Source: Longimicrobiales bacterium
Lineage (GTDB): Bacteria > Gemmatimonadota > Gemmatimonadetes > Longimicrobiales > Gaopeijiaceae
Reading direction: 5' to 3'
Length of the DNA: 64,000 bases
Assembly: GCA_965218295.1 (NCBI GenBank)
Contig: CBDCKN010000013.1
Coordinates: 64,001-128,000 of the forward strand
Under the pieces are notes generated by a model. That model worked only from the letters and a program-made list of their open reading frames with translations. It had not been told where the DNA came from and made no database searches. Positions 38,204 through 49,091 of the stretch are shown here, in pieces. The translations under genes and the position numbers were made by a program. Position 1 is the stretch's first letter; every line of letters begins with the position of its first letter.

Positions 38204-39128
38204 CGCCATGGCTGTAGCAGAGTCAAAGCTACGCCTGCCCCTCGTCCACCAGGGCAAGGTCCGCGACGTATACGACGCCGGAGACGGCTTGCTCCTGATG
38301 GTGGCGAGTGATCGCGTGAGCGCCTTCGACGTGATCCTCCCCCAGCCGATTCCCCGCAAGGGAGAGGTGCTCACGCAGCTCACGGCCTGGTGGTTGGACT
38401 CCCTCCGTGACCAGATCGACCACCATCTCATCAGCGTCGACCCCGACGAGATCGTGGACCGAGTCCCGGCCCTGGGCGACTCGAGAGAGGCGTGGGCCGC
38501 CCGCGGCATGCTGGTGCACCGAACCGAGCCGGTGCTCGTGGAGTGCGTGGTGCGGGGCTACATCTCAGGCTCGGCGTGGAGGGAGTATCTTGCATCCGGT
38601 ACCCTGGCCGGGGAGCCGCTTCCTGAGGGCCTGGTGGAGAGCGGCCGGCTGGAGCAGCCAATCTTCTCGCCGGCGACGAAGGCACAGACCGGCCACGACG
38701 AGAACATCCCCTTCTCCGGTGTGGTCGAGCGGTTGGGAGACGAGATCGCAAACCGGCTGCGGGAGCTGTCCATCGCGATCTACGGGCACGGCGTGACGTT
38801 GGCCGAGGAGAGGGGGATCATTCTGGCAGATACCAAGTTCGAGTTCGGCTACCACCCGGACGGCCGGCTCCTCCTCATCGACGAGGTGCTCACGCCGGAC
38901 TCCTCCCGCTTCTGGCCGGCGGACCGTTACGTGCCGGGGCAGAGCCAGCGATCCCTGGACAAGCAGCCCGTCCGCGACTTCCTGGACGGACTCGACTGGG
39001 ACAAGTCGCCACCGCCGCCCGACTTGCCCGATCACGTCGTCGATGCCACTTCAACGAGGTACTTGGAGATTTTCCGGCGTCTGACTGGAACAGAGCTCAA
39101 TGCCTTCGAGCCCCCTCGCTTCGGCTGA
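38190..39128 (+). CDS. purC: SAICAR synthase
   Basis: GKVRDVY, SDRVSAFD, ADTKFEFG, DEVLTPDSSRFW. Confidence 0.96.
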   Translation: MSGSDAMAVAESKLRLPLVHQGKVRDVYDAGDGLLLMVASDRVSAFDVILPQPIPRKGEVLTQLTAWWLDSLRDQIDHHLISVDPDEIVDRVPALGDSREAWAARGMLVHRTEPVLVECVVRGYISGSAWREYLASGTLAGEPLPEGLVESGRLEQPIFSPATKAQTGHDENIPFSGVVERLGDEIANRLRELSIAIYGHGVTLAEERGIILADTKFEFGYHPDGRLLLIDEVLTPDSSRFWPADRYVPGQSQRSLDKQPVRDFLDGLDWDKSPPPPDLPDHVVDATSTRYLEIFRRLTGTELNAFEPPRFG

Positions 39129-39152
39129 GTGCCGGAGGACCAAAAGGACCCC

Positions 39153-39884
39153 ATGAGGTTCGCGCGGGAAGGCTATCCATTCATGTTGGCAGGGTCGATT
39201 CTGGCCGCGCTGGCTTGGGCCGCCGTTCCCATCTGGGACGCCTGGGTGGCCGTCCCTGCCGGAATGCTCACGGTGCTCGCCGGATTCGTCTTCTACTTCT
39301 TCCGGGACCCGGAACGCCTGGTCCCCGCGGGCGAGGGCGTCGTTCTCGCCCCCGGGGACGGGAAGATCATCGACATCCGGGAGGTGGACGAGCCGTCCTT
39401 CTTGGGGGGCCGGTGCCGGCGCATCACCATCTTCCTCGGCATCTTCGACGTCCACGTTCAGCGGGCCCCGGTTTCGGGCAGCGTCACGCACCGCGACTAT
39501 CGTCCCGGGAAGTACGCCGTGGCGTGGCACCCCAAGGCGAGCGAGGCCAACGAGCAGTCGTCCCTGGGGCTGAGCACTCACTGGGGGCACGTCCTGGTGA
39601 GACAGATCGCGGGGCTGATCGCACGTCGGATCGTTACCTATCCGGAGAAGGGTGAGGTGGTGCAGCGCGGCGACCGCATCGGGCTCATCAGGTTCGGCTC
39701 CAGGGTGGATCTGTTCATGCCCCTCGACTGGCCTCTGTCCTGCGCCATGGGCGACAAGGTCGTGGGTGGGGCCACGGTCTTCGCCCATGTGAAGGTCCAG
39801 GCCAGCACACCGGGGGTGACCGCCCCGGATGCGAAGGACCATGGGAGCACACCGCAGGCCGGCACACAGGAGGCAAAGGCATGA
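39153..39884 (+). CDS. psd: Phosphatidylserine decarboxylase proenzyme (start uncertain)
   Basis: FFRDPER, DVHVQRAP, QIAG, RFGSRVD cleavage motif. Confidence 0.92.
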   Translation: MRFAREGYPFMLAGSILAALAWAAVPIWDAWVAVPAGMLTVLAGFVFYFFRDPERLVPAGEGVVLAPGDGKIIDIREVDEPSFLGGRCRRITIFLGIFDVHVQRAPVSGSVTHRDYRPGKYAVAWHPKASEANEQSSLGLSTHWGHVLVRQIAGLIARRIVTYPEKGEVVQRGDRIGLIRFGSRVDLFMPLDWPLSCAMGDKVVGGATVFAHVKVQASTPGVTAPDAKDHGSTPQAGTQEAKA

Positions 39885-40762
39885 TCGACCGTCCGAGGGC
39901 CGGCACGAGGCTCCAGAGGGGAATCATCATCCTCCCGTCGGCCTTCACCATGGCCAACCTGTTCTTCGGGTTCTACGCCATCGTGGCGGCCACCCGTGGT
40001 GACTTCGCGTGGGCCGGTTGGTTCATCGTGTGGGCTGCCGTGACGGACTTGCTGGACGGGCGCATCGCGCGCTTCACCAGGACCGGATCGGCCTTCGGAG
40101 GGGAGCTGGACTCCCTGGTGGACGCCATCTCCTTCGGTGTGGCGCCGGCCTTCATCATGTACACGCTCTACTTCTCGGACGGGAACTGGAGCTGGGTGCT
40201 CCCCCTCGTGTACGTCATGGCCGTGGTCGTCCGCCTGGCCCGCTTCAACGTCGAGCAGGGCGGAGAGGCAAAGGCGCACTTCCATGGCCTCCCCTCTCCC
40301 ACGCCGGGCATGATCCTGGCGACGTTCTATCCGTTCAGCCAGACCCCGTTCTTCCAGACCTATCTGGCGGGCATGCCGTGGCCGCGGATCATGGGCATCC
40401 TGCTCATCGTCCTGGGCGCCCTGATGCTCAGCAACATCCCCTACGCCCTCGTTCCGAAGATCGGCCTCCGGTCGAGGAAATTGATCCTGAACTCGCTGTG
40501 GCTCTTCGGAAATGTTCTCGTCGCCATCGCCTTCCCGGCCTACTACTTCTTCCCCATGCTCCTCGGCTACACGATGTGGGGACTCATGGGGTCGGTGATC
40601 CACGGGCTTCTGGAGCGTCTCCCCGAGCGGGACCCGCTCCTGGACGTGCTAGACGAGGCGGGCGCAGAGGTACGGGCCCTAGACTACGGAGAGCTGGCTC
40701 CGAAGCGGTACCAGCAGAGTCCCACACACGTGCAACCCCCTGACACGGAGAGCGAAGCGTGA
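39881..40762 (+). CDS. pssA: CDP-diacylglycerol--serine O-phosphatidyltransferase
   Basis: DLLDGRIAR...FGGELDSLVDAISFGVAP, RLARFN. Confidence 0.92.
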   Translation: MIDRPRAGTRLQRGIIILPSAFTMANLFFGFYAIVAATRGDFAWAGWFIVWAAVTDLLDGRIARFTRTGSAFGGELDSLVDAISFGVAPAFIMYTLYFSDGNWSWVLPLVYVMAVVVRLARFNVEQGGEAKAHFHGLPSPTPGMILATFYPFSQTPFFQTYLAGMPWPRIMGILLIVLGALMLSNIPYALVPKIGLRSRKLILNSLWLFGNVLVAIAFPAYYFFPMLLGYTMWGLMGSVIHGLLERLPERDPLLDVLDEAGAEVRALDYGELAPKRYQQSPTHVQPPDTESEA

Positions 40763-41034
40763 CGCGTTTTCGCTTGGAGATTCGAGTGGTTCCTCGCCCC
40801 GGGCTGCTGGACCCGGAAGGGAAAGCCATCCAGCACGCCCTGCATTCGCTGGACTATGAAGGCGTACAGGACGTGCGCGTCGGGAAGATCCTCTACCTGG
40901 ACGTGGAAGCTTCCTCGGAAGAGGACGCCCGCGAACGTGGGGAGGCCATGTGCCACCGGCTTCTAGCCAACCCCGTGACCGAGGACTTCGAGATCGATGT
41001 GCGGGAGGTGTCCACGGCGGAGATACCGGCATGA
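40759..41034 (+). CDS. purS: FGAM synthase subunit PurS
   Basis: [18 protein letters not shown]. Confidence 0.93.
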   Translation: MTRFRLEIRVVPRPGLLDPEGKAIQHALHSLDYEGVQDVRVGKILYLDVEASSEEDARERGEAMCHRLLANPVTEDFEIDVREVSTAEIPA

Positions 41035-41747
41035 AGGTCGCCATCGTCACCTTCCCGGGCTCCAACTGCGATTACGACCTCTACAAGTGCATACAGCTGG
41101 TCGGTGGAAGCCCCCAGTTCGTGTGGCATCGGGAGGTAGAGCTGGGCGACGTGGATGCCGTCATGCTCCCTGGGGGCTTCTCCTACGGGGATTACCTACG
41201 AGCCGGAGCCATCGCCACCATGAGCCCCATCATGGACGCCGTTAAGGCCTTCGCCGCATCCGGCGGTCCGGTGCTGGGCATCTGCAACGGGTTCCAGATG
41301 CTGTGCGAGGCCGGGCTCCTCCCGGGCGCCCTGCTCCGCAACAGCTCCCTGTTGTTCGCGAGCCAGGACGTCCTGCTCCGGGTGGAGAGTGATGCCACGA
41401 TCTTCACGCGGGACTACCATATCGGGCAGATCCTGCGGATGCCCATCGCCCACGCCGAGGGGAACTACCACGCCGCCGAGGAGACCCTGGACCGGCTCGA
41501 AGGAGAAGGGCGCGTCCTCTTCAGGTACGTGGACGCCTCCGGCGAGACGACCACCGGTGCGAATCCCAACGGATCGGCCCGCAGCATCGCCGGCATCCTC
41601 AACGAAGAGGGCAACGTCATGGGAATGATGCCCCATCCCGAAAGAGCCGTGGAGGAGATCCTGGGCTCCGTGGACGGGCTCGGCCTCTTCGAGGCTCTCC
41701 TGGCGCACCTCTCGCCGGTAGGCACGACACCGGTAGGCACAGCGTGA
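41031..41747 (+). CDS. purQ: FGAM synthase subunit PurQ
   Basis: [28 protein letters not shown]. Confidence 0.96.
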   Translation: MKVAIVTFPGSNCDYDLYKCIQLVGGSPQFVWHREVELGDVDAVMLPGGFSYGDYLRAGAIATMSPIMDAVKAFAASGGPVLGICNGFQMLCEAGLLPGALLRNSSLLFASQDVLLRVESDATIFTRDYHIGQILRMPIAHAEGNYHAAEETLDRLEGEGRVLFRYVDASGETTTGANPNGSARSIAGILNEEGNVMGMMPHPERAVEEILGSVDGLGLFEALLAHLSPVGTTPVGTA

Positions 41748-41768
41748 GCGCCGTCCTTTCCCCCACCA

Positions 41769-44132
41769 ATGACCGAACGGACCCAGCACCGTCCCTTCCC
41801 CAACCAAACACCGAGCGGACCCAGCCGAAACTTGAGCGACAGATCGGAGCATAACGGCACCCCTCCGGGGTCGACCCCCGCACCCCGGGACGGGGATCCG
41901 ACCATCACACCCGAGCTCGTCGAAGAGCACGGACTCTCCCCCTCGGAGTACGAGCGCATCGTGAAGATCCTGGGGCGAGAGCCCACTTTCACGGAGCTGG
42001 GCGTGTTCAGCGCCATGTGGTCCGAGCACTGCGGATACAAGAACTCCAAGCGGCTCCTGCGTCTCCTTCCCACGGAAGCCCCGTGGGTGATCCAGGGCCC
42101 CGGCGAGAACGCGGGCGTCATCGACGTGGGCGACGGATTGGCTCTGGCCTTCAAGATCGAGTCCCACAACCATCCGTCCGCCGTCGAGCCCTACCAGGGT
42201 GCGGCCACCGGGGTCGGCGGCATCCTGAGGGACGTCTTCACCATGGGTGCCCGACCCATCGCCGTCCTGGACTCGCTTCACTTCGGCAATCTCGACAGCG
42301 GACGGGTCCGGTACCTCTTCTCCGGCGTCGTGAAGGGGATCGGGGACTACGGCAACTGTGTCGGGATCCCAAACATCGGTGGAGAGGTCTTCTTCGACGA
42401 GGGCTACGAGGCCAATCCCATCGTGAACGCCATGTGCCTCGGGCTCATGAAGACGGAGGACCTCATCAAGGGCGAGGCCGAGGGCGTGGGCAACCCGCTC
42501 ATGACCGTCGGGGCGAGGACGGGCCGTGACGGGATCCATGGAGCGACGTTCGCCTCGGAGGAGCTGAGCGAAGACTCCCAGGCCAGTCGCCCACAGGTCC
42601 AGGTGGGCGACCCCTTCACCGAGAAGCTGCTCCTGGAAGCGAGCCTGGAGCTCATCCAGAGCGGCCACATCACCGGCATCCAGGACATGGGCGCCGCAGG
42701 CATCACGTCGAGCGCCTCGGAGATGGCTGGACGCTCGGGGAACGGTGTGGAGATCGACATGGACCGCGTGCCCGTGCGGGAGCCGGGCATGACACCCTAC
42801 GAGATCCTCCTCTCCGAGTCGCAGGAGCGCATGCTGGTCGTGGCCAAGGCCGGGCAGGAAGACGCCGTGAGGGAGATCCTGAACAAGTGGGAGCTCGAGG
42901 CCGAGGAGATCGGAAGGGTCACCGACGACGGGCTCTTCCGCGTGATGGAGGGAGGCCGGGTCGTGGCCGAGATTCCTTCCCTCCCCCTCACGGAGGGGTG
43001 CCCCACCTACGAGCCGGAGAGCATCGAGTCCGAAGAGGTGAAGGAGCTTCGCCGCATGGACCTGTCGCGCTTCGCCGAAGCCGATTCGGACCAGACGGCG
43101 GCGTTCCTGAAGCTCATGGCGTCGCCCAACATCGCGTCGAAGCGCTGGGTGTACCGCCAGTACGACACGACGGTCCGGACGGGCACCGCCATTCGACCTG
43201 GCGCAGACGCCGGTGTGGTGCGCCTGCGGGGCACGCGGAAGGCCGTCGCGGCCACGACGGATTGCAATGGACGCTACGTCTACCTGAATCCTCGTGTAGG
43301 CGCCATGGCGGCCGTGGCCGAGGCGGCACGGAACCTGGTGTGCGTCGGCGCGCTGCCCACGGCGGTGACCAACAACCTGAACTTCGGGAACCCTCTGAAG
43401 CCTCACATCTACCACCAGTTCCGCGAAGCGGTGCTGGGCATGGCCGATGCCTGCAAGCTCTTCGAGACTCCCGTGACGGGAGGCAACGTCTCCTTCTACA
43501 ACGAGACCGACGGAGTCGCCATCTACCCGACCCCGGTCATCGGCATGGTCGGCATCGTGGAGGATGTCGCCCACCTCACGCGTCCCGCATTCGAAGAGGA
43601 AGGCGACGCCATCATCCTTCTGGGTGACAACACCGAGGAGCTGGGCGCGTCGGAGTATCTCTACGTCATGGAGAAGCTGGTGGCCGGCGAGCCGCCGTCG
43701 GTGGACCTCCTGGCGGAGCGCCGGCTCCAGCACGCTGTGCTGGCCATGATCCAGAAGGGTCTCCTGCGCTCGGCCCACGACCTGTCCGAGGGCGGGCTTG
43801 CCTGCGCCCTGGCCGAGAGCGCCCTCGGACGGGGCGGTTCGCCCATGGGCGTCCACGTCACCCTCCACGACTCCCTCTCCCCCTTGCCCCTCCTGTTCGG
43901 AGAGGCCCAGGGCCGGATCGTGGTGTCGTGCGACGCCCCCTCGGTGGACGACGCCCTAGGCCTTGCGAAGAAGCACGGAGTGCCCTGCCGGCAGATCGGA
44001 CAGGTGGTGGCGGCGGACGAGGGCTTCCGGGTGGAAGGCAGAAGCGTGACGTTGGAGGTCGACGTGGAGACCCTCTCGGAACTATTCTTCGGTGCGATCC
44101 CTCGTTTGATGGATGGAGCTAGCCAGACGTGA
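41769..44132 (+). CDS. purL: FGAM synthase subunit PurL
   Basis: [29 protein letters not shown]. Confidence 0.96.
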   Translation: MTERTQHRPFPNQTPSGPSRNLSDRSEHNGTPPGSTPAPRDGDPTITPELVEEHGLSPSEYERIVKILGREPTFTELGVFSAMWSEHCGYKNSKRLLRLLPTEAPWVIQGPGENAGVIDVGDGLALAFKIESHNHPSAVEPYQGAATGVGGILRDVFTMGARPIAVLDSLHFGNLDSGRVRYLFSGVVKGIGDYGNCVGIPNIGGEVFFDEGYEANPIVNAMCLGLMKTEDLIKGEAEGVGNPLMTVGARTGRDGIHGATFASEELSEDSQASRPQVQVGDPFTEKLLLEASLELIQSGHITGIQDMGAAGITSSASEMAGRSGNGVEIDMDRVPVREPGMTPYEILLSESQERMLVVAKAGQEDAVREILNKWELEAEEIGRVTDDGLFRVMEGGRVVAEIPSLPLTEGCPTYEPESIESEEVKELRRMDLSRFAEADSDQTAAFLKLMASPNIASKRWVYRQYDTTVRTGTAIRPGADAGVVRLRGTRKAVAATTDCNGRYVYLNPRVGAMAAVAEAARNLVCVGALPTAVTNNLNFGNPLKPHIYHQFREAVLGMADACKLFETPVTGGNVSFYNETDGVAIYPTPVIGMVGIVEDVAHLTRPAFEEEGDAIILLGDNTEELGASEYLYVMEKLVAGEPPSVDLLAERRLQHAVLAMIQKGLLRSAHDLSEGGLACALAESALGRGGSPMGVHVTLHDSLSPLPLLFGEAQGRIVVSCDAPSVDDALGLAKKHGVPCRQIGQVVAADEGFRVEGRSVTLEVDVETLSELFFGAIPRLMDGASQT

Positions 44133-45592
44133 CCGCAAAGCCACTCCCCGTCGTGGGTAGGCCTGTCGACATCGTAGCGTCTCACCTCGACGAGGGGCCC
44201 CGTGAGGAGTGCGGGGTGGTGGGCATCAGCGGGATCGAAGGCGCCGCGGAGCTGGCGTTCCTGGCGCTCTATGCGCTCCAGCATCGTGGTCAGGAGTCCG
44301 CGGGCATCTGTGCCATCTCCGACGGAGAGGCCCGTGTCTACAAGGACGTGGGGCTCGTGGGCGACGTTTTCGACGCCGAGTCCCTCATCAAGCTTCCGGG
44401 TCATACGGCGATCGGACACGTCCGCTACTCCACCGCCGGGGGCAGCAGGGCGCTGAACGCCCAGCCTATCGTGGTCCGGTACGCAGAGGGCGATCTGGGC
44501 GTCTCCCACAACGGCAACCTGACCAACGCCCACGACCTGAAGAGCCGGCTCGTCAGCGAGGGCGCCATCTTCCAGACCACGTCGGACTCGGAAGTCATCG
44601 TCCATCTAATCGCGCGCTCCCGACACGACAACGTCGACGCCCAGGTCGACGACGCCCTCAGCCATCTGGAAGGTGCCTTCTCCCTGGCCATCACGGTGGG
44701 GGACACCCTGTATGCCATTCGGGACCCCCGGGGTTACCGCCCGCTGGTCCTGGGCAAGCTCGACGGTGGGCACGTGGTCGTCAGTGAGACGTGCGCCCTG
44801 GACATTCTCGGAGCCGAATACGTGAGGGACGTGGATCCGGGAGAGGTGCTCAAGATCGAGGGCGAGTCGGTTCGGAGCCTCCGCAGCCTTTCGCCGGCCC
44901 AGGAGAAGGCTCCGTGCATCTTCGAGCTCGTCTACTTCGCCCGACCCGACTCGCGTCTATGGACGATCTCCGTGGACCGCGCCCGCCGGGGTTTCGGGCG
45001 GCAACTGGCCGAAGAGCACCCGGTGGATGCCGACGCGGTCATCGCCGTGCCGGACAGCGCGAACTCGGCGGCCCTGGGCTATAGCGAGGCCAGTGGAATC
45101 CCGTACGAGCTGGGGCTCCTCCGCAACCACTACGTGGGTCGTACGTTCATCAAGCCCTCCCAGGCGGACCGCGACTTCGGCGCACGCATGAAGTACAACC
45201 CTGTCCGCGAGGTGCTCGAGGGCCGGCGGGTCGTCGTGGTGGATGACTCCCTGGTCCGGGGCACGACGAGCAAGAGCCTGGTGAAGTTCATCCGCCAGGC
45301 CGGTGCCGCAGAGGTCCACCTCCGCATCGGCAGCCCTCCCGTGCGCTTCCCCTGCTTCTACGGGATCGACATGCCGAGCCACGAGGAGCTCATCGGCTCG
45401 CAGTTGAGCCCGAGCGAGATCGCCGAGACGCTGGGAGCGGATTCCCTGGGTTATCTGTCGCTGGAGGGAATGCTGTCGGTCGTGGCCGAGCACGGATCGT
45501 TCTGCGACGCCTGCTTCTCCGGCAACTACGCAGCGCCGCTGGTGGACGTGGACAAGGGCTACGTACCCGGCAACCACCCAATCAACTGCTAG
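44129..45592 (+). CDS. purF: Amidophosphoribosyltransferase (propeptide/Fe-S type)
   Basis: [36 protein letters not shown]. Confidence 0.96.
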   Translation: MTAKPLPVVGRPVDIVASHLDEGPREECGVVGISGIEGAAELAFLALYALQHRGQESAGICAISDGEARVYKDVGLVGDVFDAESLIKLPGHTAIGHVRYSTAGGSRALNAQPIVVRYAEGDLGVSHNGNLTNAHDLKSRLVSEGAIFQTTSDSEVIVHLIARSRHDNVDAQVDDALSHLEGAFSLAITVGDTLYAIRDPRGYRPLVLGKLDGGHVVVSETCALDILGAEYVRDVDPGEVLKIEGESVRSLRSLSPAQEKAPCIFELVYFARPDSRLWTISVDRARRGFGRQLAEEHPVDADAVIAVPDSANSAALGYSEASGIPYELGLLRNHYVGRTFIKPSQADRDFGARMKYNPVREVLEGRRVVVVDDSLVRGTTSKSLVKFIRQAGAAEVHLRIGSPPVRFPCFYGIDMPSHEELIGSQLSPSEIAETLGADSLGYLSLEGMLSVVAEHGSFCDACFSGNYAAPLVDVDKGYVPGNHPINC

Positions 45593-45628
45593 TGTCCCGT
45601 CACCGATGATCGATCGGTATTGGTGCCG

Positions 45629-45815
45629 GTGAAGGTCACCCGGGAGCTCCTGGAGCGGCTTCCCAAGACCGAGCTCCACGTGCACCTCGACGGCAGCCTC
45701 CGTCCCGAGACCCTCATCGAGCTCGGTGAGCTGTCTGGGAAGGACCTACCCAGCACCGACCCCGCGGAGCATGGCTGAGACCATGCTGGCCGAGGATACC
45801 CGCAATCTCGAGTGA
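45629..45815 (+). pseudogene. Adenosine deaminase 5' relic
   Basis: [29 protein letters not shown]..., stop at 45776. A shifted frame continues [14 protein letters not shown] and then no further homology is apparent. Confidence 0.8.
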
Positions 45816-45923
45816 GCGCAAGAATCCGAGGTGGCGGAAGAGCAAGGATGATATCGTCCAGTGTTTATGCGGGTTTTCGACCGTCCGAATACCGTCCTGC
45901 AAACCTCAGAAACCCGAGAACCC

Positions 45924-46940
45924 TCAGATTTCTGAGGTCTCCGCCAAAAAGCGCTCCGCCATGGCCACGATCTCGCTGGATCCGATGTAGAGCGGGGTCC
46001 TCTGGTGGAGCGTCTCCGGAGTGAGGTCCAGGATGCGATTCTGGCCGTCCGAAGCCCTTCCGCCGGCCTGCTCGCAGATCATTCCCATGGGCGCCGCTTC
46101 GTACAGGAGCCGCAGTTTCCCCTGCGGGCCCTTGGTGTCGGCCGGGTACATGAAGATTCCACCCTTGAGGAGCGTGCGGTGGAAGTCGGCCACCAACGAA
46201 CCGATGTACCGGGAGCTGAAGGAGGCCGAGCTTTCCCCGTCGAGGCCCTTCAGGTGCTGCATGAGGCGCTGCTGCCTCTTGGACCAGCGTGGATAGTACG
46301 CCTCGTTAATGGAGTACGTCAGGCTGGGCGGGACCGGGATCATGATGTTCCGGTGGCTCAAGAGGAACTCGCCGATGGACGGGTCGAGGGTGAAGCCGTG
46401 GACTCCGTTGCCGCTGGTGTAGACCAGCATGGTGGACGAGCCGTATAGGACATATCCCGCCGCGAGTTGTCGGCATCCGGCCTGAAGACAGTCATCGAGC
46501 GTGCCGTCCTCGCCCCCGGAGATCTTCTTGTGGACCGAGAAGATGGTGCCGATGGAGACGTTGACGTCGATGTTCGAAGAGCCGTCCAGCGGATCGAAGA
46601 TCAGGACATAGTCGCCCTTGGGAAACTCGGCGGGGATGGGGAGGATGTCCTCGGACTCCTCGGAGACCATGCAGCAGAGCGTCCCCGTATGGTCCACGGC
46701 CGTGTAGATCACGTCCTGGGCGTAGAGATCGAGCTTCTGGACGCGCTCCCCCTGGACGTTGGTCGTGCCCGTGCCACCGAGAATGTCCACGATGCCGGCC
46801 TTGTTCACCTCTCTCGAGATGATCTTCGCCGCCAGCGTGAGCGAGTGGAGGACGTTGCTGAAGGCTCCGGTAGCCTCTGGATGGCTCCGTTCCTCTTCGA
46901 TGATGTGTCGCTCGAGTGTGACGACGCTGTTTCCCGGCAT
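45924..46940 (-). CDS. fbp: Class 1 fructose-1,6-bisphosphatase
   Basis: VQKLD, SEE, FDPLDGSSNID, SRYIGSLVADFHR, GKLRLLYE. Confidence 0.96.
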   Translation of the reverse strand: MPGNSVVTLERHIIEEERSHPEATGAFSNVLHSLTLAAKIISREVNKAGIVDILGGTGTTNVQGERVQKLDLYAQDVIYTAVDHTGTLCCMVSEESEDILPIPAEFPKGDYVLIFDPLDGSSNIDVNVSIGTIFSVHKKISGGEDGTLDDCLQAGCRQLAAGYVLYGSSTMLVYTSGNGVHGFTLDPSIGEFLLSHRNIMIPVPPSLTYSINEAYYPRWSKRQQRLMQHLKGLDGESSASFSSRYIGSLVADFHRTLLKGGIFMYPADTKGPQGKLRLLYEAAPMGMICEQAGGRASDGQNRILDLTPETLHQRTPLYIGSSEIVAMAERFLAETSEI

Positions 46941-47056
46941 GGCCTCACGGATCGAAGTCGGATCTGGACACTGCGTGAAGCCAAGATAACCGGGGCCTCG
47001 GTCTGGTCAACGACCGATGAGTGTGGCCTCCTGGGCTGGTATCGCCGCCCGAGCGC

Positions 47057-48670
47057 TCACGCATTCCGGAACATCTGGATCGCCAGGCCCAGGTCGAAGG
47101 ACTCACCTTGCCACAGGCTATTCGGTGTCCCGGGATCGATACCGAGCTCTATCCTCTCGTGCTTCCTTTCGAGAGCCCTGACCGGGTCCCCTGGCAGCCG
47201 CGGCGCCTGGGGAGCGTCGGGGAATGCCCGCCCGTCAGGCCAACGGAAGTGGACCCGGCCGTCGTTCGTGAGGGCCACCCCGAATCCCTCCTCATGCACC
47301 GCCCGGTGATGCACGCGGCACAAAAGCACGAGACCGTCCAGCCTGGTCTCTCCACCATCGAGCCAGTGTTCGATGTGATGGGCGTCGCAGAACCTGAGTC
47401 CACAGCCCGGGAAGCGGCATCCCTTGTCCCTGTGATCGAGCGCCCTCCGAATCGCGGGTGGGACCGTTCGCGTCTTCCTTCCGACATCGAGCACCGATCC
47501 ATCGGTGCCGTGAGTCATGACGACACGGCTTGCGTCGCATGCCAGACGCCTCGACGTTTCCGCGGAAACGCGAACACCGTCCTCCAGCTCGGATTCATAC
47601 GCCACGTAGCCGTCCACGGAGCCGTCCACGAGGGTCTCGGAATCAGCGAGCGCCTCAGCATCCACGTGAAGAACCACCTGAAAACGGTCTGCCCGGCAGA
47701 CCGTGGCAGTAGCCCGTCCGTCGCTGCGCTTGCCGTCGCCGCACTCGCCGGCGGCACACCCCCCACCCGCCTCCACCAAGCCGCCCTGCAGCGCCCGCTC
47801 AGCGAGGAATCCGATCGCGTCGGCCCGCCGCTGCCCCGGCGTGGTCTCCTCAGATGGGACCTCGCATGGGACTTCAGATGCGACCTCCACTGCCACGGAC
47901 TGTTCCACCGTGTCCGCCGCGGCCCCACGTTCGGTGATCTCGAGATCGCCCACGGGGTCATCCGCACCAGCCCTCCGGTAGAGCTCCTGCCCCGCCGCCT
48001 CGAGGGCCTTCGTCAACAGCGCGCCCACCTCGGGGTCCAGCCGTCCCCGGACAATGTACATGCCGTCCATATCGGGCCGGACGGTGAGGAAGCGCGACCG
48101 ATGCCGCTCCCGCTCCTCGTCTTGCTCCTCCAAGCGGTCTACCCGGCGCCACGTCCTCACGAGTGTTTCCACATGCGATGCCGTGGCGTGCTGAGCGAAG
48201 CCCATCAACTCCTCTTCGTTCTCCGCCGTGGCGACTCGCGTGAGAGCTCGGGCCTTCGAGTAGGAGAGCTCTGCCCTCCGCATCGCTGCGCTCAGCAGGG
48301 GTAGATGCTCCAAGGCCCGGGCCACCCTCACCTTCTCGCGGGCAGCTCCCAGGTCGATCCCGGTACGCCAGCTCAGCCAGTGGGCGCACGTTCGGAAGCC
48401 CGAGTGCCATCCTTCTCTCGCGTCGAACTCACGGATCAGCTCGAGGAGACGGTAGGTGCCCGCATCCAGGTGTGCGGCCAGCTCGGCGATCTCGTCGCCC
48501 AGGCGCTCGAGGTCCTGGGCCGGGGAAGGGCCGGCTACGACGGCGAGCGTGCGGCGGGAGTCGCTGGAAGGCACGACGGCGAGCGGGAGGCGGGAGTCGC
48601 TGGAAGGCACCACGGCGAGCGTGGGGCCGGCATCGTTGGGAGTGACGGCAGCGAGAGCGGGGGGGACCAT
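47057..48670 (-). CDS. DUF222 + C-terminal HNH endonuclease protein (13E12-repeat-like, probably mobile)
   Basis: WLSWR...AREKVRVA, RRLACDA, RDKGCRFPGC, DAHHIEHW, LLCRVHH. RBS AAAGGAG before ATG 48670. Confidence 0.9.
   Translation of the reverse strand: MVPPALAAVTPNDAGPTLAVVPSSDSRLPLAVVPSSDSRRTLAVVAGPSPAQDLERLGDEIAELAAHLDAGTYRLLELIREFDAREGWHSGFRTCAHWLSWRTGIDLGAAREKVRVARALEHLPLLSAAMRRAELSYSKARALTRVATAENEEELMGFAQHATASHVETLVRTWRRVDRLEEQDEERERHRSRFLTVRPDMDGMYIVRGRLDPEVGALLTKALEAAGQELYRRAGADDPVGDLEITERGAAADTVEQSVAVEVASEVPCEVPSEETTPGQRRADAIGFLAERALQGGLVEAGGGCAAGECGDGKRSDGRATATVCRADRFQVVLHVDAEALADSETLVDGSVDGYVAYESELEDGVRVSAETSRRLACDASRVVMTHGTDGSVLDVGRKTRTVPPAIRRALDHRDKGCRFPGCGLRFCDAHHIEHWLDGGETRLDGLVLLCRVHHRAVHEEGFGVALTNDGRVHFRWPDGRAFPDAPQAPRLPGDPVRALERKHERIELGIDPGTPNSLWQGESFDLGLAIQMFRNA
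47555..47570. promoter_or_regulatory. Perfect 16-bp palindrome CGTTTCCGCGGAAACG (parS-like)
   Basis: Read directly. Near-copy at 59564-59579. Confidence 0.45.
48537..48644. repeat. 36-bp tandem repeat x3 (LAVVPSSDSR units) in the HNH gene N-terminus
   Basis: Two near-identical units and one degenerate unit. Confidence 0.85.
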
Positions 48671-48927
48671 GGGAAGCTCCTTTGACGGGATTTGCATGCG
48701 GCGATGGTTTGGATACCAGGAGTGTTCGGCGTGCCTGAAAGATAAGAGGGGGGGTTCTCGAGGCTCTGGTTGGCTTCTGGGCGGGTCTCGGAGGGGGTGG
48801 GGGACGCTGGGAGTGTCCCGGAGTCGAGGTCACCGGGCATACCGAAAGCCAGGTGTCGTCAGGTGCGTTCTACAGGGGGGTCTCGGATCTCGACGACCGT
48901 GAGGCTCAGAATCCGTCCATGCCTGTA

Positions 48928-48975
48928 TGGGACTACCTTGGATTGGACTACCTCTGGATTGGGACTACGTTGATC
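48928..48975. repeat. Three ~16-bp imperfect repeats, approximately TGGGACTACCTTGGAT
   Basis: GGACTAC at 48930, 48945 and 48962. Confidence 0.75.
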
Positions 48976-49091
48976 ATCACGGGATGGGTCAGAAGGACGC
49001 GCGTCGAACCGATGGCTCCCGGCATGGAAGCCAGTAGCTCAGCACCCTGGCGGCCCCATTCCGTGGGGCCGAGCTCACGACTCGCTCCGCC

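Noticed and set aside
41196..43868. 890-aa minus-strand ORF
   Set aside because: Antisense shadow of purQ/purL.
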